Below, one piece after another: positions 7,501-16,725 of a stretch of 25,008 bases of DNA. The translations under genes were made by a program, and so were the position numbers. How positions within the stretch are numbered: position 1 is the stretch's first letter; each line of letters starts with the position of its first letter. Source of the stretch: Candidatus Eiseniibacteriota bacterium. GTDB lineage: Bacteria; Eisenbacteria; RBG-16-71-46; DASYSL01. The notes below the pieces were generated by a model. The model saw nothing but the letters and a program-made list of their open reading frames with translations. It was not told the origin of the DNA and made no database searches. The stretch lies in contig JANPEF010000072.1 in NCBI GenBank assembly GCA_031431875.1, forward strand, positions 1-25,008, read 5' to 3'.

Positions 7501-8888
7501 GCGGCCTTCGCGGTCCCCGCGCTGCCCTCGGCGCGCGCCCGCAGCAATCCCTCGAGCTGTTTCCGGTCGGCTGAAGCCTCGACCTCGCGCCCGTGGCGCG
7601 TGTACCACTCCGCCCGCAGGCGCAGCACATCGGGATCGCCCGGATCACTCGCCACGGCCTTCGCGAAGCACGCCTCCGCCGATTCGATCTCGCCCAGGTG
7701 GTCGTACACGTCGGCCAGCCGCGTGCGCAGCGCCGAACCGTCGTAGCCGTCGGCCAGCACGCGTTCGTAGGCGGCGCGCGCCTCGATCCAGCGCTCCTGG
7801 TCGGCGCGCACGTCGGCGAGGATCAGCGCCGCCCGCGTGAAGCGTGGGTTCGACGCGATCGCCGCGGTCATCTCGTCGGCCGCCGGATCGAGGTCGCCGC
7901 GATCGCGATAGAGCAGGCCCAGGTGGAAGCGCACGTCGGCGTAGCCCGGTGCGACCTCGCGCAGGATCTCGAACTGCTGGATCGCCTCACGGGGACGCCC
8001 CCGCTTGACCAGCGCGAGCGCCAGCTCCTTGCGCGCGCGACGATTCTGCGGGTTCGCGGCGACGGCGCGCTCGAGGCACGGCATCGCGCGCACCGGCTCG
8101 CCGGCGGCGTCGTGATGGAGGGCGAGGTTCACCCAGAACGAAGGCAGGTCGAGCGACAGCGCGACCGCCCAGTCGACCAGCGCCCGGCTCTCGCGGTACT
8201 GGCCCTCGCGCTGGCACCACTGCGCGGTCTGCGCCGCGACCTCGCCCAGCTGCGGATTGAATGCGTACGCCGATTGCCACGCGGTCCACGCCTCGGCGCT
8301 GACCTGCGAGCCGAGCAGCCCGGCGATGCCGAACGCGCCGCGCAGCGCAGGATCGCTGCACGTGATGTCCTCGACCAGGTGCTGCGCCTCGTCGGCGCGA
8401 CCGACCGAAAGCAGGATCCACAGGCGATCGAGCAGGTGCGCCGCCTCGTAGCGCCCTTGCGGCGGCATGCTCGACATGACCAGCGCGCGGGCGGGTGACT
8501 CGAAGCGCGCCGTGGCGAACAGCAGTAGATGATGGCGAACGCCTGGGTGAAGCCGCAACGACTCGGGCCCCTCGAGGAAGCGCTGCCACGCGTCGTCGTC
8601 GCCGCTGGCGACCGCGACCCAGGCGCGATTCTCGACCGCGCCCAGGAAGCGCGGGTTGATGGCGAGCGCGCGCTCGAACGACGCCGCGGCGTCGAGCAGG
8701 CGGCCGTTCGCGGCCTGGAACAGGCCCAGGCGATTCCACAGGTCGGGGTACGACGGGAAGCGTTCGAGGCGCGCCTCGAGCCCATTGCCGGCGCCCGCGA
8801 CCGCGCTCGCGTAAGGCGGAGCCGCGATCACGAAGGCACCGGGACGGCCCGCAGGGACGGGCGACGGGGTCGGGCTGGCGGAGTCCAT
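7497..8888 (-). CDS. Tetratricopeptide repeat protein
   Basis: TPR consensus segments YPDLWNRLGL..FERALAINPRF, LERAVAANP, YADVRFHLGLLY, AIASNPRF, FAKAVASDP; start taken at ATG 8888. Confidence 0.85.
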   Translation of the reverse strand: MDSASPTPSPVPAGRPGAFVIAAPPYASAVAGAGNGLEARLERFPSYPDLWNRLGLFQAANGRLLDAAASFERALAINPRFLGAVENRAWVAVASGDDDAWQRFLEGPESLRLHPGVRHHLLLFATARFESPARALVMSSMPPQGRYEAAHLLDRLWILLSVGRADEAQHLVEDITCSDPALRGAFGIAGLLGSQVSAEAWTAWQSAYAFNPQLGEVAAQTAQWCQREGQYRESRALVDWAVALSLDLPSFWVNLALHHDAAGEPVRAMPCLERAVAANPQNRRARKELALALVKRGRPREAIQQFEILREVAPGYADVRFHLGLLYRDRGDLDPAADEMTAAIASNPRFTRAALILADVRADQERWIEARAAYERVLADGYDGSALRTRLADVYDHLGEIESAEACFAKAVASDPGDPDVLRLRAEWYTRHGREVEASADRKQLEGLLRARAEGSAGTAKAA

Positions 8889-8941
8889 GTCTTGATGTCG
8901 GCGGAGCCGACAGGATTCTTGCGGGAAATTCTTCGGGCGTT

Positions 8942-9700
8942 CTATTTCTTGAGATTCGCCCGGAAAAACCCCGTGATCCTCTCCCACGCCTGCGGCGTGT
9001 TCAAAGAATCGTACTGTGCCGGCCGCGAGTCGTTCATGAACCCGTGCTGCGCTCCCGGGTAGACGATCACCTCGCCCTTCTTGCCCGCCTTCTTGAGCCC
9101 GGCCGTCAACGCGTCGGTCTGCTCCGCGCCGAGCCCCCGGTCGGCGCCGCCGTAGATGCCGAGCACCGGGCCACGCAAGGTCTTGAGGCGCGTCGGACTC
9201 GTCTCCGGTGAGCCGTAGCAGATCACCGTCGCGTCGAAGGGGCCCTTGTCGAGCGACGAAAGCAGCGACAGCCGCCCGCCCATGCAGAAGCCGATCACCC
9301 CCACCCGCTTCGCCCCGCCGCCGGCGGCCGAGCGCAGGTGCGCCGACGCGGCGCGCACGTCACGGATCGCGCGCTCGTCGGGCAGGCCGCGCATCAGCTC
9401 GTGGGCGAGCTCGGGATCGGTCGCGACCTGACCGCGGTAGAGGTCGGGCGCGATCGCGACGTAGCCCATGCCGGCAATGCGATCGGCGCTCGCCTTGACC
9501 CACTCGGTGAGGCCCCACCACTCCTGGATGACGACGACGGCCGGGCCGCCCTTCTTCGCAGCGGCCGCCGGTTGTGCGACGTAGGCCTGGATCTTCTCCT
9601 TGCCGGAGGTGATCTCGATCATCGTGCCGGCCTGCGCGGCGGGCGCGGCTAGCACGACAAGGGCGAGGGCGGCGAACCACAGACGCAAGGGGCGGATCAT
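8942..9700 (-). CDS. Dienelactone hydrolase family protein with signal peptide
   Basis: VIQEWWGL, APDLY, nucleophile elbow GFCMGG, GGAD, YPGAQHGF (Cys-Asp-His triad); signal MIRPLRLWFAALALVVLAAPAAQA; GGAG RBS upstream of ATG 9700. Confidence 0.92.
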   Translation of the reverse strand: MIRPLRLWFAALALVVLAAPAAQAGTMIEITSGKEKIQAYVAQPAAAAKKGGPAVVVIQEWWGLTEWVKASADRIAGMGYVAIAPDLYRGQVATDPELAHELMRGLPDERAIRDVRAASAHLRSAAGGGAKRVGVIGFCMGGRLSLLSSLDKGPFDATVICYGSPETSPTRLKTLRGPVLGIYGGADRGLGAEQTDALTAGLKKAGKKGEVIVYPGAQHGFMNDSRPAQYDSLNTPQAWERITGFFRANLKK

Positions 9701-9796
9701 CGGAACTCCTTCCATGGGCGGGTTGTCGAAGGACTCGATCGTCTCAACCTTACTGACCCCGCACGGGCGGAGCAAGCCGGTTGCCCCGCCTCACCG

Positions 9797-12700
9797 TCAC
9801 GGCAGCCGGACGAGTTTCCTCAGGTCGCGCACGCCGTCGAGGTCGAGCACGGCGAAGTAGACCCCGGCCGCGATCGATCTCCCGTCGAAGGCCACGTCGT
9901 GATCGCCCGCCGCCTGCTCCCCGCCCGCGACGCGTCGCACGTGCCGGCCGCGCGCGTCGTAGACGTCGAGCGCGACGACCCCCGGATGCGGCAGGCGATA
10001 GCGGATGCGCGCGCCCTCGCGGAACGGGCTGGGCTCGACGGAGCGGAACGCGACGCGGGCGCCCGCGAGCGAACCCACGTCGCCGGCATCGACCACGCTT
10101 CCGGCGACGCGGAAGTGCGGGAACGCGGTCTCGAGGCTGCGCGGCTGCGACCACGGCGTCGGCGGAAAGTACGGCGAGCGCGGCAGGTTGCGCGCGCGAA
10201 GTCGGTACGCGACGCCGGGCGTGAGCGCGGGGAACGGCAGCGCGTACAGGGCCGAGCTGCCGCGGGTCGCGAACGACGGCTCGCCGGTGTCGAACGGTCC
10301 GTAGGTCGCGTGCGTTCCGCCGCCCCAGGCCTCGTTCTGCGTCGCCACGTGGAACTCGGGGCGCGCCTTCACGCGGCCGGCCGGCGTACGCACCGTGTGG
10401 TAGACGAACAGGTCGCTCGGTGACGACAGCATGCCGCCCAGCGGGAGCGCGGAACTTGTCGTAGCCTGCGCGACGCGCTTGAACGTCGCGACACCGCCGC
10501 CAAGGTAGAGGTAGGCGGCTCCGTTCCCGGCCTGGTTGGGGGCGCCGATCGCGAAGTCGGGCCAGCCATCGTCGTTGGCGTCCCCGGCGGCCGTGAGGGC
10601 GAAGCCGAAGTAGGACTCCGCGACGTTCGACTCGACGGACCACCATGGCGCGTCGACCGCCCCCGTGGGCGAGCCACGGAACAACCAGACGCGGCCCTCG
10701 TTGGCCTGTCCATTCGAGTGCAAGTACGCGCCGACGAGGAAGTCGCCGAAGCCGTCCTTGTCGATGTCGCCGACGCCGGCCACCGACCAGCCGAACGAGT
10801 TCGTCGGCACGTCGGCAAGGACCATCTTTGAACGGCGCAGCAACGGCGTCGCGCGCGAGCGATCGCCGAAGATGACCCAGGCCTCGCCGCTCGCCCCGAC
10901 CAGCAGGTCGGACACGCCGTCGCCGTTGATGTCCCCGCCGTTGTCGAGGGCGATCCCGAACCGGGCGAAGGCCAGATTGCGCTCGATTGTCCACGATGCG
11001 TTCGCCTCGAGTCCGCCGGGACCGCCGAAGTAGACATACACGCGGCCCTCGTTCTGCTGGCCATTCGTCTCGTCCTGGGCGCCCACGGCCGCATCGGTGA
11101 ACCCGTCGCCGTCCCAGTCGCCGGAAGCGACGAACTGGCCGAATTGAGTGTTCCCCGTTTTCGGGGGCGTCGTCCACGAGGGAAGGATGGAGAGGCCGGC
11201 GGGCGAACCGTAGAACGCCTTCGCGAAGCCGTCGATCTCCTCCGGCCCGATCCCGTCGTACCGGGCTCCGACCAGCACGTCGGCGTAGCCGTCGCCGTTG
11301 AAGTCCCCGCCGCCAACGTCGAACCCGGCGCGGGCGCCTTCGATGTTCGGCTGGTAGCTCCACGCCGCCGACGCGACCGGGCCGAAGTCCGAGCCGTGAA
11401 AGACCTGCGTCAGTCCTTCCGAACTCTGGCCGTTCATATAGGTCGCCGATCCCGCGAGGAGGTCCTCGTAGCGATCGCCGTTGACGTCCCCGGCGCGCGC
11501 GAGCGTGTGGCCGAGCGCCACGCTCGGTCCGTGGCCGCTCAGGATCGGGACCGGATCGGGCGCCGGGAACGGATATCCGGTGAATGCGCGCCGCACGCTT
11601 CCCGCGTTGAAGAAGCCAGCGTCCGCTTGCCAGGCGCCGAAGAACAGGATGGAGGTCATGTTCCCGAACGCGTCGATGCCACCGGCGACGCTGACCCCGG
11701 CCTGCGCGCCGGCTTCGGCCTCGAGGAACGGCCAGCCGGTCGCGAGGATCGGCAGCGAAGCGCTCCCGCGGTACAACGTGACGCGTCCTTCTCCCGCGAA
11801 GTCGACGGTCGCGCCCGGCTCGCCAAGCGCCAGCTCCGAGAACCCGTCGCCGTCGAAATCACCGGCCGTGGCGAGGCCCGCGCCCAGCGCCTCGCCGACG
11901 GCGACCCCGGCGAACGAGTTGTCGAGCCCGGGGCCGTTCGCTCCGCCAAGATACACCTCGACACGACCTCGTCGCTCGGCCGGTGCGGGCCAGCGATCCG
12001 CGCCGACGGCGAAGTCGGGATAGCCGTCGCCGTTCACGTCGCCGAGCGTCGCGACGCTCGCGCCGTAGTACTCGCGCGCGGTCGTTCCGTCGGCATGCCA
12101 CAGTTCCGCGCCGAGCCCGCCCGGTGCGCCGCGAAAGAGCGTGACGCGGCCGACCGCGGCGCCGGGCAGGCCGTGGTTCGGCGCGCCGATGAGCACGTCG
12201 GCGTAGCCGTCGGCGTCGACGTCGCCGGCCAGGCTCACCGCGGCGCCGAACGCCGCGCTGTCCGTCTGGCCGTAGAGGGTTGCGACAGCGGCGTTGGACA
12301 GACCCGTGCCGGTGCCGCGATAGACGTGCGCCGCACCGTTGCTGGTGAGGATGAAGCTGTGTCCCGGCGCACCCACGACGACGTCCGCGAATCCGTCCGC
12401 ATCGACGTCGCCGGCGCCCGAGACGGCGGCGCCGAGCTGGGTATCGGGGAGGCCGCCGAACTTGATCCACGACGGCCCGCCGAGAACGTCGTTGGGCCCT
12501 CCCACGTAGAGGTACACCGCACCCTCGCCGGCGAACGGCTGCGTCGTGCGCGGCGCTCCGATCAGCACGTCGTCGTAGCCGTCCCCGGTGATGTCCCCGG
12601 CCGGAGCGAGCGCGGCGCCGAACTGGCCGCCGGCGATGTCGTAGGAGATCGTCTGGCTCGGGGTCGCGGGCAGTCCCGTCGGGGCGCCGAGGAACAGGTA

Positions 12701-13129
12701 CACGCGTCCCTGGTCGACCCCCGCGTTACCGTCGAACAGCGGCGCACCGACGACGATGTCGGCGTAGCCGTCCCCGTTGACGTCGCCGGCGGGGCTGACC
12801 GCGGTCCCGAGCGCGGCGGAGCCTTGCGTTCCGAAGAACGACCAGGACGGATTGAGCCCTGGCCCCCCGGCGCTGCCGAGATACACGAACGCGGCGCCGC
12901 CGTTCGGCTGCCCGCCGTCATGGCCCGGCGCTCCGACGAGCAGGTCACCGCGACCGTCGCCGTTGATGTCCCCGGCGGGAACGGCCGACTGGCCGAAACC
13001 CGCGCCGACCTCGCCCCCGAGTCGCACCCAACCGGTGGGCTGCAGCACGGATGCCGCGACGGGACCGGGAGCCGACACCGCGACGACCGCGGCGAGGATC
13101 GGCAGCAGGGAAGCGAAGGATCGATTCAT
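9797..13129 (-). CDS. Secreted FG-GAP (integrin-alpha-like beta-propeller) repeat protein with C-terminal FlgD-Ig/T9SS-like domain, paralogue 1
   Basis: Signal peptide; 13 GDxxxDxxxD Ca-loop repeats plus 1 degenerate, with FG...GAP and GRVYLF motifs; tail PSPF...LDVYDARGRHVRRV...AAGVYF. Confidence 0.92.
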   Translation of the reverse strand: MNRSFASLLPILAAVVAVSAPGPVAASVLQPTGWVRLGGEVGAGFGQSAVPAGDINGDGRGDLLVGAPGHDGGQPNGGAAFVYLGSAGGPGLNPSWSFFGTQGSAALGTAVSPAGDVNGDGYADIVVGAPLFDGNAGVDQGRVYLFLGAPTGLPATPSQTISYDIAGGQFGAALAPAGDITGDGYDDVLIGAPRTTQPFAGEGAVYLYVGGPNDVLGGPSWIKFGGLPDTQLGAAVSGAGDVDADGFADVVVGAPGHSFILTSNGAAHVYRGTGTGLSNAAVATLYGQTDSAAFGAAVSLAGDVDADGYADVLIGAPNHGLPGAAVGRVTLFRGAPGGLGAELWHADGTTAREYYGASVATLGDVNGDGYPDFAVGADRWPAPAERRGRVEVYLGGANGPGLDNSFAGVAVGEALGAGLATAGDFDGDGFSELALGEPGATVDFAGEGRVTLYRGSASLPILATGWPFLEAEAGAQAGVSVAGGIDAFGNMTSILFFGAWQADAGFFNAGSVRRAFTGYPFPAPDPVPILSGHGPSVALGHTLARAGDVNGDRYEDLLAGSATYMNGQSSEGLTQVFHGSDFGPVASAAWSYQPNIEGARAGFDVGGGDFNGDGYADVLVGARYDGIGPEEIDGFAKAFYGSPAGLSILPSWTTPPKTGNTQFGQFVASGDWDGDGFTDAAVGAQDETNGQQNEGRVYVYFGGPGGLEANASWTIERNLAFARFGIALDNGGDINGDGVSDLLVGASGEAWVIFGDRSRATPLLRRSKMVLADVPTNSFGWSVAGVGDIDKDGFGDFLVGAYLHSNGQANEGRVWLFRGSPTGAVDAPWWSVESNVAESYFGFALTAAGDANDDGWPDFAIGAPNQAGNGAAYLYLGGGVATFKRVAQATTSSALPLGGMLSSPSDLFVYHTVRTPAGRVKARPEFHVATQNEAWGGGTHATYGPFDTGEPSFATRGSSALYALPFPALTPGVAYRLRARNLPRSPYFPPTPWSQPRSLETAFPHFRVAGSVVDAGDVGSLAGARVAFRSVEPSPFREGARIRYRLPHPGVVALDVYDARGRHVRRVAGGEQAAGDHDVAFDGRSIAAGVYFAVLDLDGVRDLRKLVRLP

Positions 13130-13158
13130 GGCGAACCCCGGGAGTGGAGGGATGGAAG

Positions 13159-13227
13159 CCGGCGCTTCCGCGCCGGGGGGAGGAACACCGGGCGGGCGCT
13201 CAATCCATGGGACGACGCCCGCCCGGT
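13159..13227 (-). other. Two intergenic stem-loops between the FG-GAP paralogues
   Basis: Perfect 12-bp inverted repeat 13187-13198/13216-13227 (17-nt loop) and 7-bp stem 13159-13165/13170-13176 with a GGAA tetraloop on the minus strand; no U-tract. Confidence 0.6.
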
Positions 13228-13236
13228 CGTGTCAGT

Positions 13237-16200
13237 TCAGGGAGTAAGCCGCACAACCCTTCCGCGGTCGGCCCGGCCGCCGGCGCGCAGCTCGAGGAAG
13301 TAGAGGCCAGCCGCGACCGCCCGGCCCGAGTCGTCGCGGCCGTCCCACGCGACGGTCGACGGGCCCGCGGCCCGGTCCTCGTCGAGCAGCCGGCGCACCA
13401 GCGCGCCGCGCACGTCGTACAGGTCGAGCTGCACGCGCGAAGTCCTTGCCAGCACGAAGCTCAACCGCGACGCGTCCCCACCGGGCGACGGATTCGGCAC
13501 GACGCCGCGGAGCCCGAACTCGCCGGGACCCGGTGGAATCAGGGCGTCGACCACGGCACCCGAGGTCCGGATGTCGAGATCGCCGCTCGTGTGCGCCTCG
13601 GGCGCCATCCAGCGCGACCGCGGGAAGAACGGCGAGCGAGTCACGAACCGTGCCCGCAGGTGGTAACCGCCACCCGGCCACGGCAGGTTCGGCCTGGGAA
13701 AGACGCGGATCACCGAGCTCAGGAGTCCGGCGCCTTCATCGGGCGCGTCGGAATCATAGATGAGGCCGGTCGACTGCGTGGGAATACCGGTGAACGGCGT
13801 GTTCTGCGTTGCCACCTCGAACTCGACACCGATGCGCGAGCGCCCGCCCGGACTGGCGAACAGCAAATCCGTCTGAACCTCGTCGGGGTCGTCGATCAGG
13901 GCCGGATGAATGCGCCGCCTGTTCCCGATGTTCGGCTCGTACAGCGTCACCGCCGCCATGTGGCCGGGTCCCGAGCCGCCCATGAAGCAATACACCCGAC
14001 CGGCGGCCCCGGGAGCGCCGACGACCATGTCGGCGAAGCCATCGAGGTTGGCGTCGAGGAGCGGCGAGATGCACTCGCCGAGCTTCCCGCCCGTGATTCC
14101 TGGCGAGAACGAGAAGTGCGGCGTCGCCGGGAGTAGTTCCGACGCACCGCGATAGAGATCGACTCGCCCGTCGTCAGGGAGGGCGCTGTCGAATCCGGGG
14201 GATCCGATCACGAAGTCGCCGCGGCCATCTCCGTCGACGTCACCCCCGCCGGCAATGGCCGCGCCGAAGCGGCCGCCGGGCTGGCTCCCCGTGTAGGTCT
14301 TGATCGCACTGCGACGCTGCGAGCGCCCGAGCGAACCCGCGTAGATGGACACGCGTCCCAGGTTGTCCTGCAGCGGCGCGGCTACGCCGAGATCCGCGAC
14401 CTGGTCTCCGGTCACGTCGCCGATCGCCGCGACCGTGGCCCCGAACGAGACGTCGGGATCGGGTCCGCTGAACGTGAGGCCGGGCGTCGTCGCTGGTCCG
14501 TCGGGAGCGCCGTAGAAGACCTCTACCACGCCCGGCGGGGGGAGCGCGGCGCTGGCCGGAGCGGACGAACCGACCACGATGTCGCTGTAACCGTCGCCAT
14601 CGAGATCGGTCAACGCCACGGCGGCACCGAGCCCGGCGCCCGCGACCACTCCTTCGCGCGTCCAGGTCGAGGCGACGGGCCCGGTCGGCGAGCCGAGGAA
14701 GAGCCACGCCTTGCCACAGCCGTCGAGCGACGCCGAGTCCCACTCCCGCGCGCCGATGACAAAGTCGTGGTAGCCATCACCATTGACGTCGCCGCGTCCG
14801 CCGAGGGCGGAGCCGACCCGGTCGAAGTCGCGATCGCCGACGAGCACAAGGCTCGGCGCCAGGAGGCCGTTGGCCTCTCCGGGGTGGAAGTCCACGCGGC
14901 CAGCCTGCGAGATCGGGCCGTTGTCCAGCGTCGTCGAGGCGACGAGGAGATCGGAATAGCCGTCGCGATTGACGTCGCCCACGTCGGCCAGTCGTGCGCC
15001 GAGGTTCTGCGCGTTGATCGTCCCGAGAATCGCCGGATTCCTTTCGTTGCCGCCGATCCCGTTGAAGATTCCACCGGGGTGAAACGAGACACGGCCGAAT
15101 CCGCCGAATCCAGGGTCGCCGAGCGCGAGCAGGGGATGGATATCGCCGGAGGTCTTCGGCAGCAATGCCAGCGCGGCTCCATATCCGGTGCCGGGTTGCG
15201 CGCCCGCGCGCGGCCAGCCGGGCGAGAGCTGCGGCACGCCGCGCGGCGCGGCGTAGAGGAACGCCTTGCCTTCGTACCAGCCCGGCGCCACGCTCCAATC
15301 CTCGGTGCCGACGAGGATCTCGCTGAAGCCGTCGCCGTTGGTGTCGCCCGCGGTCGCGAGCGAGTTGCCGAAGTATCCGCTCGGCCCGTTCGGAGTGAGC
15401 AGGTCGCCCATGTAGGTCACCGCGTTGCGCCCGCCGCGGAAGACCGAGATCCGTCCGCGACCTCCGCTGGGGGTGTTGCGGGCGGTCACGCCGAAGTCGG
15501 CAAATCCGTCACCATCGAGATCTCCGAGCGTGGCGACGCGGGCGCCGATGTATTCGTTCGGCAGGGCTTCGGGATTGACCAGGATGCTCCCCGTCCCCAG
15601 GCCGAACGGCCCGCCCTGGACGAGGCGACACTGCCCCACGTTGGTATTGAATCCGGGGCAACCGATCAGGACGTCGGCGTAGCCGTCGCCATTGACGTCG
15701 CCGGCGTTGGCGACTCCGGAACCGCAATACTCGTTCGCCGCCGTGCCGACGATGACCGTGTCCACCGTCGCGGACGCGCCGGACGCGGAGCCGAGGTAGA
15801 GGTGCGCCGCGCCATTGCGCAGGAAGCCGACGCTCGCCTGCGGAGCGCCGATGATCACGTCGGCGAAGCCGTCCCCGTTGACGTCCCCGGCGGTCGAGAC
15901 CACGCTGCCGAAGTAGCCGTTCTCGGCGGCGCCCGTCCATGTGAGCGCCGGGGCGGCCGCGAGGCCGTTCGGTCCACCGTGGAAGACGAACACGATGCCG
16001 GCCTGGGTGAATCCCCCGACGGTAAAGTTCTGTGTCCCGACGAGGAGATCGTCATAGCCGTCGCCGTTGACGTCGCCGGCCGGTGCGAGCGACCGGCCGA
16101 AGTGCTGGCTCTCCGCCGGCGTCGGCGAGAGCAGGCTGTAGTTCGGGACGAACGGAATGTTCGTTCCGCCATGGAAGATCATCACCTTCCCTGCGTCGGC

Positions 16201-16629
16201 GTGGGTCGGGGTGTTCCACAGGATGACCGAGATCGCGAAGTCGGCGAACCCGTCGCCGTTGACGTCGCCAGCCGGCGCCACCTTGAAGCCTCCCAAGGCG
16301 GTGTCCTGCGCGGTCGTGTAGCGACGCGCGACCGTGGCCTGCAGTCCCTCGGCCGAGCCGAGGAACAGGTGCGTTCGCCCCTCGTCGAAGTGCGTGTTGT
16401 CCTCGAGGAAAGCGCCGACGAGCACGTCGCTGAAGCCGTCGCCATTGACGTCTCCGGCCGTGGCCGCGTCGAAGCCGAACTGACCCTGGAACTGGTTTCC
16501 GGTTGTGGCCCACGGTAGGGCGATGAAGGGATTCACCAGCCCGCCGGCGGCGGCCGGGGCGGCAGGCACCGCGCCGAGCAGCAGCACTGCGGTGATGCGG
16601 ACGAGGCGCGAGGCAATCGAGTCGGTCAT
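13237..16629 (-). CDS. Secreted FG-GAP repeat protein with C-terminal FlgD-Ig/T9SS-like domain, paralogue 2
   Basis: Signal peptide MTDSIASRLVRITAVLLLGAVPAAPAAA; 13 Ca-loop repeats plus 1 degenerate; tail PNPS...LDLYDVRGALVRRL...WDGRDDSGRAVAAGLYF. Confidence 0.92.
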   Translation of the reverse strand: MTDSIASRLVRITAVLLLGAVPAAPAAAGGLVNPFIALPWATTGNQFQGQFGFDAATAGDVNGDGFSDVLVGAFLEDNTHFDEGRTHLFLGSAEGLQATVARRYTTAQDTALGGFKVAPAGDVNGDGFADFAISVILWNTPTHADAGKVMIFHGGTNIPFVPNYSLLSPTPAESQHFGRSLAPAGDVNGDGYDDLLVGTQNFTVGGFTQAGIVFVFHGGPNGLAAAPALTWTGAAENGYFGSVVSTAGDVNGDGFADVIIGAPQASVGFLRNGAAHLYLGSASGASATVDTVIVGTAANEYCGSGVANAGDVNGDGYADVLIGCPGFNTNVGQCRLVQGGPFGLGTGSILVNPEALPNEYIGARVATLGDLDGDGFADFGVTARNTPSGGRGRISVFRGGRNAVTYMGDLLTPNGPSGYFGNSLATAGDTNGDGFSEILVGTEDWSVAPGWYEGKAFLYAAPRGVPQLSPGWPRAGAQPGTGYGAALALLPKTSGDIHPLLALGDPGFGGFGRVSFHPGGIFNGIGGNERNPAILGTINAQNLGARLADVGDVNRDGYSDLLVASTTLDNGPISQAGRVDFHPGEANGLLAPSLVLVGDRDFDRVGSALGGRGDVNGDGYHDFVIGAREWDSASLDGCGKAWLFLGSPTGPVASTWTREGVVAGAGLGAAVALTDLDGDGYSDIVVGSSAPASAALPPPGVVEVFYGAPDGPATTPGLTFSGPDPDVSFGATVAAIGDVTGDQVADLGVAAPLQDNLGRVSIYAGSLGRSQRRSAIKTYTGSQPGGRFGAAIAGGGDVDGDGRGDFVIGSPGFDSALPDDGRVDLYRGASELLPATPHFSFSPGITGGKLGECISPLLDANLDGFADMVVGAPGAAGRVYCFMGGSGPGHMAAVTLYEPNIGNRRRIHPALIDDPDEVQTDLLFASPGGRSRIGVEFEVATQNTPFTGIPTQSTGLIYDSDAPDEGAGLLSSVIRVFPRPNLPWPGGGYHLRARFVTRSPFFPRSRWMAPEAHTSGDLDIRTSGAVVDALIPPGPGEFGLRGVVPNPSPGGDASRLSFVLARTSRVQLDLYDVRGALVRRLLDEDRAAGPSTVAWDGRDDSGRAVAAGLYFLELRAGGRADRGRVVRLTP

Positions 16630-16725
16630 GGGAGATCCCAAGCGTGGTGATGGCGTTCACATCATGCGGGGGAGGCAATCACCCTACCCAATCGTCCGAG
16701 CGAATGGAAGCGAACATCACCGCGG

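Noticed and set aside
10500..16460. Recurring DNA repeat gccgtcgccgttgacgtcgccggc resembling an array
   Set aside because: It is the reverse complement of codons for the AGDVNGDG protein repeat, imperfect and in-frame; not a CRISPR array, and no cas or reverse transcriptase gene is nearby.
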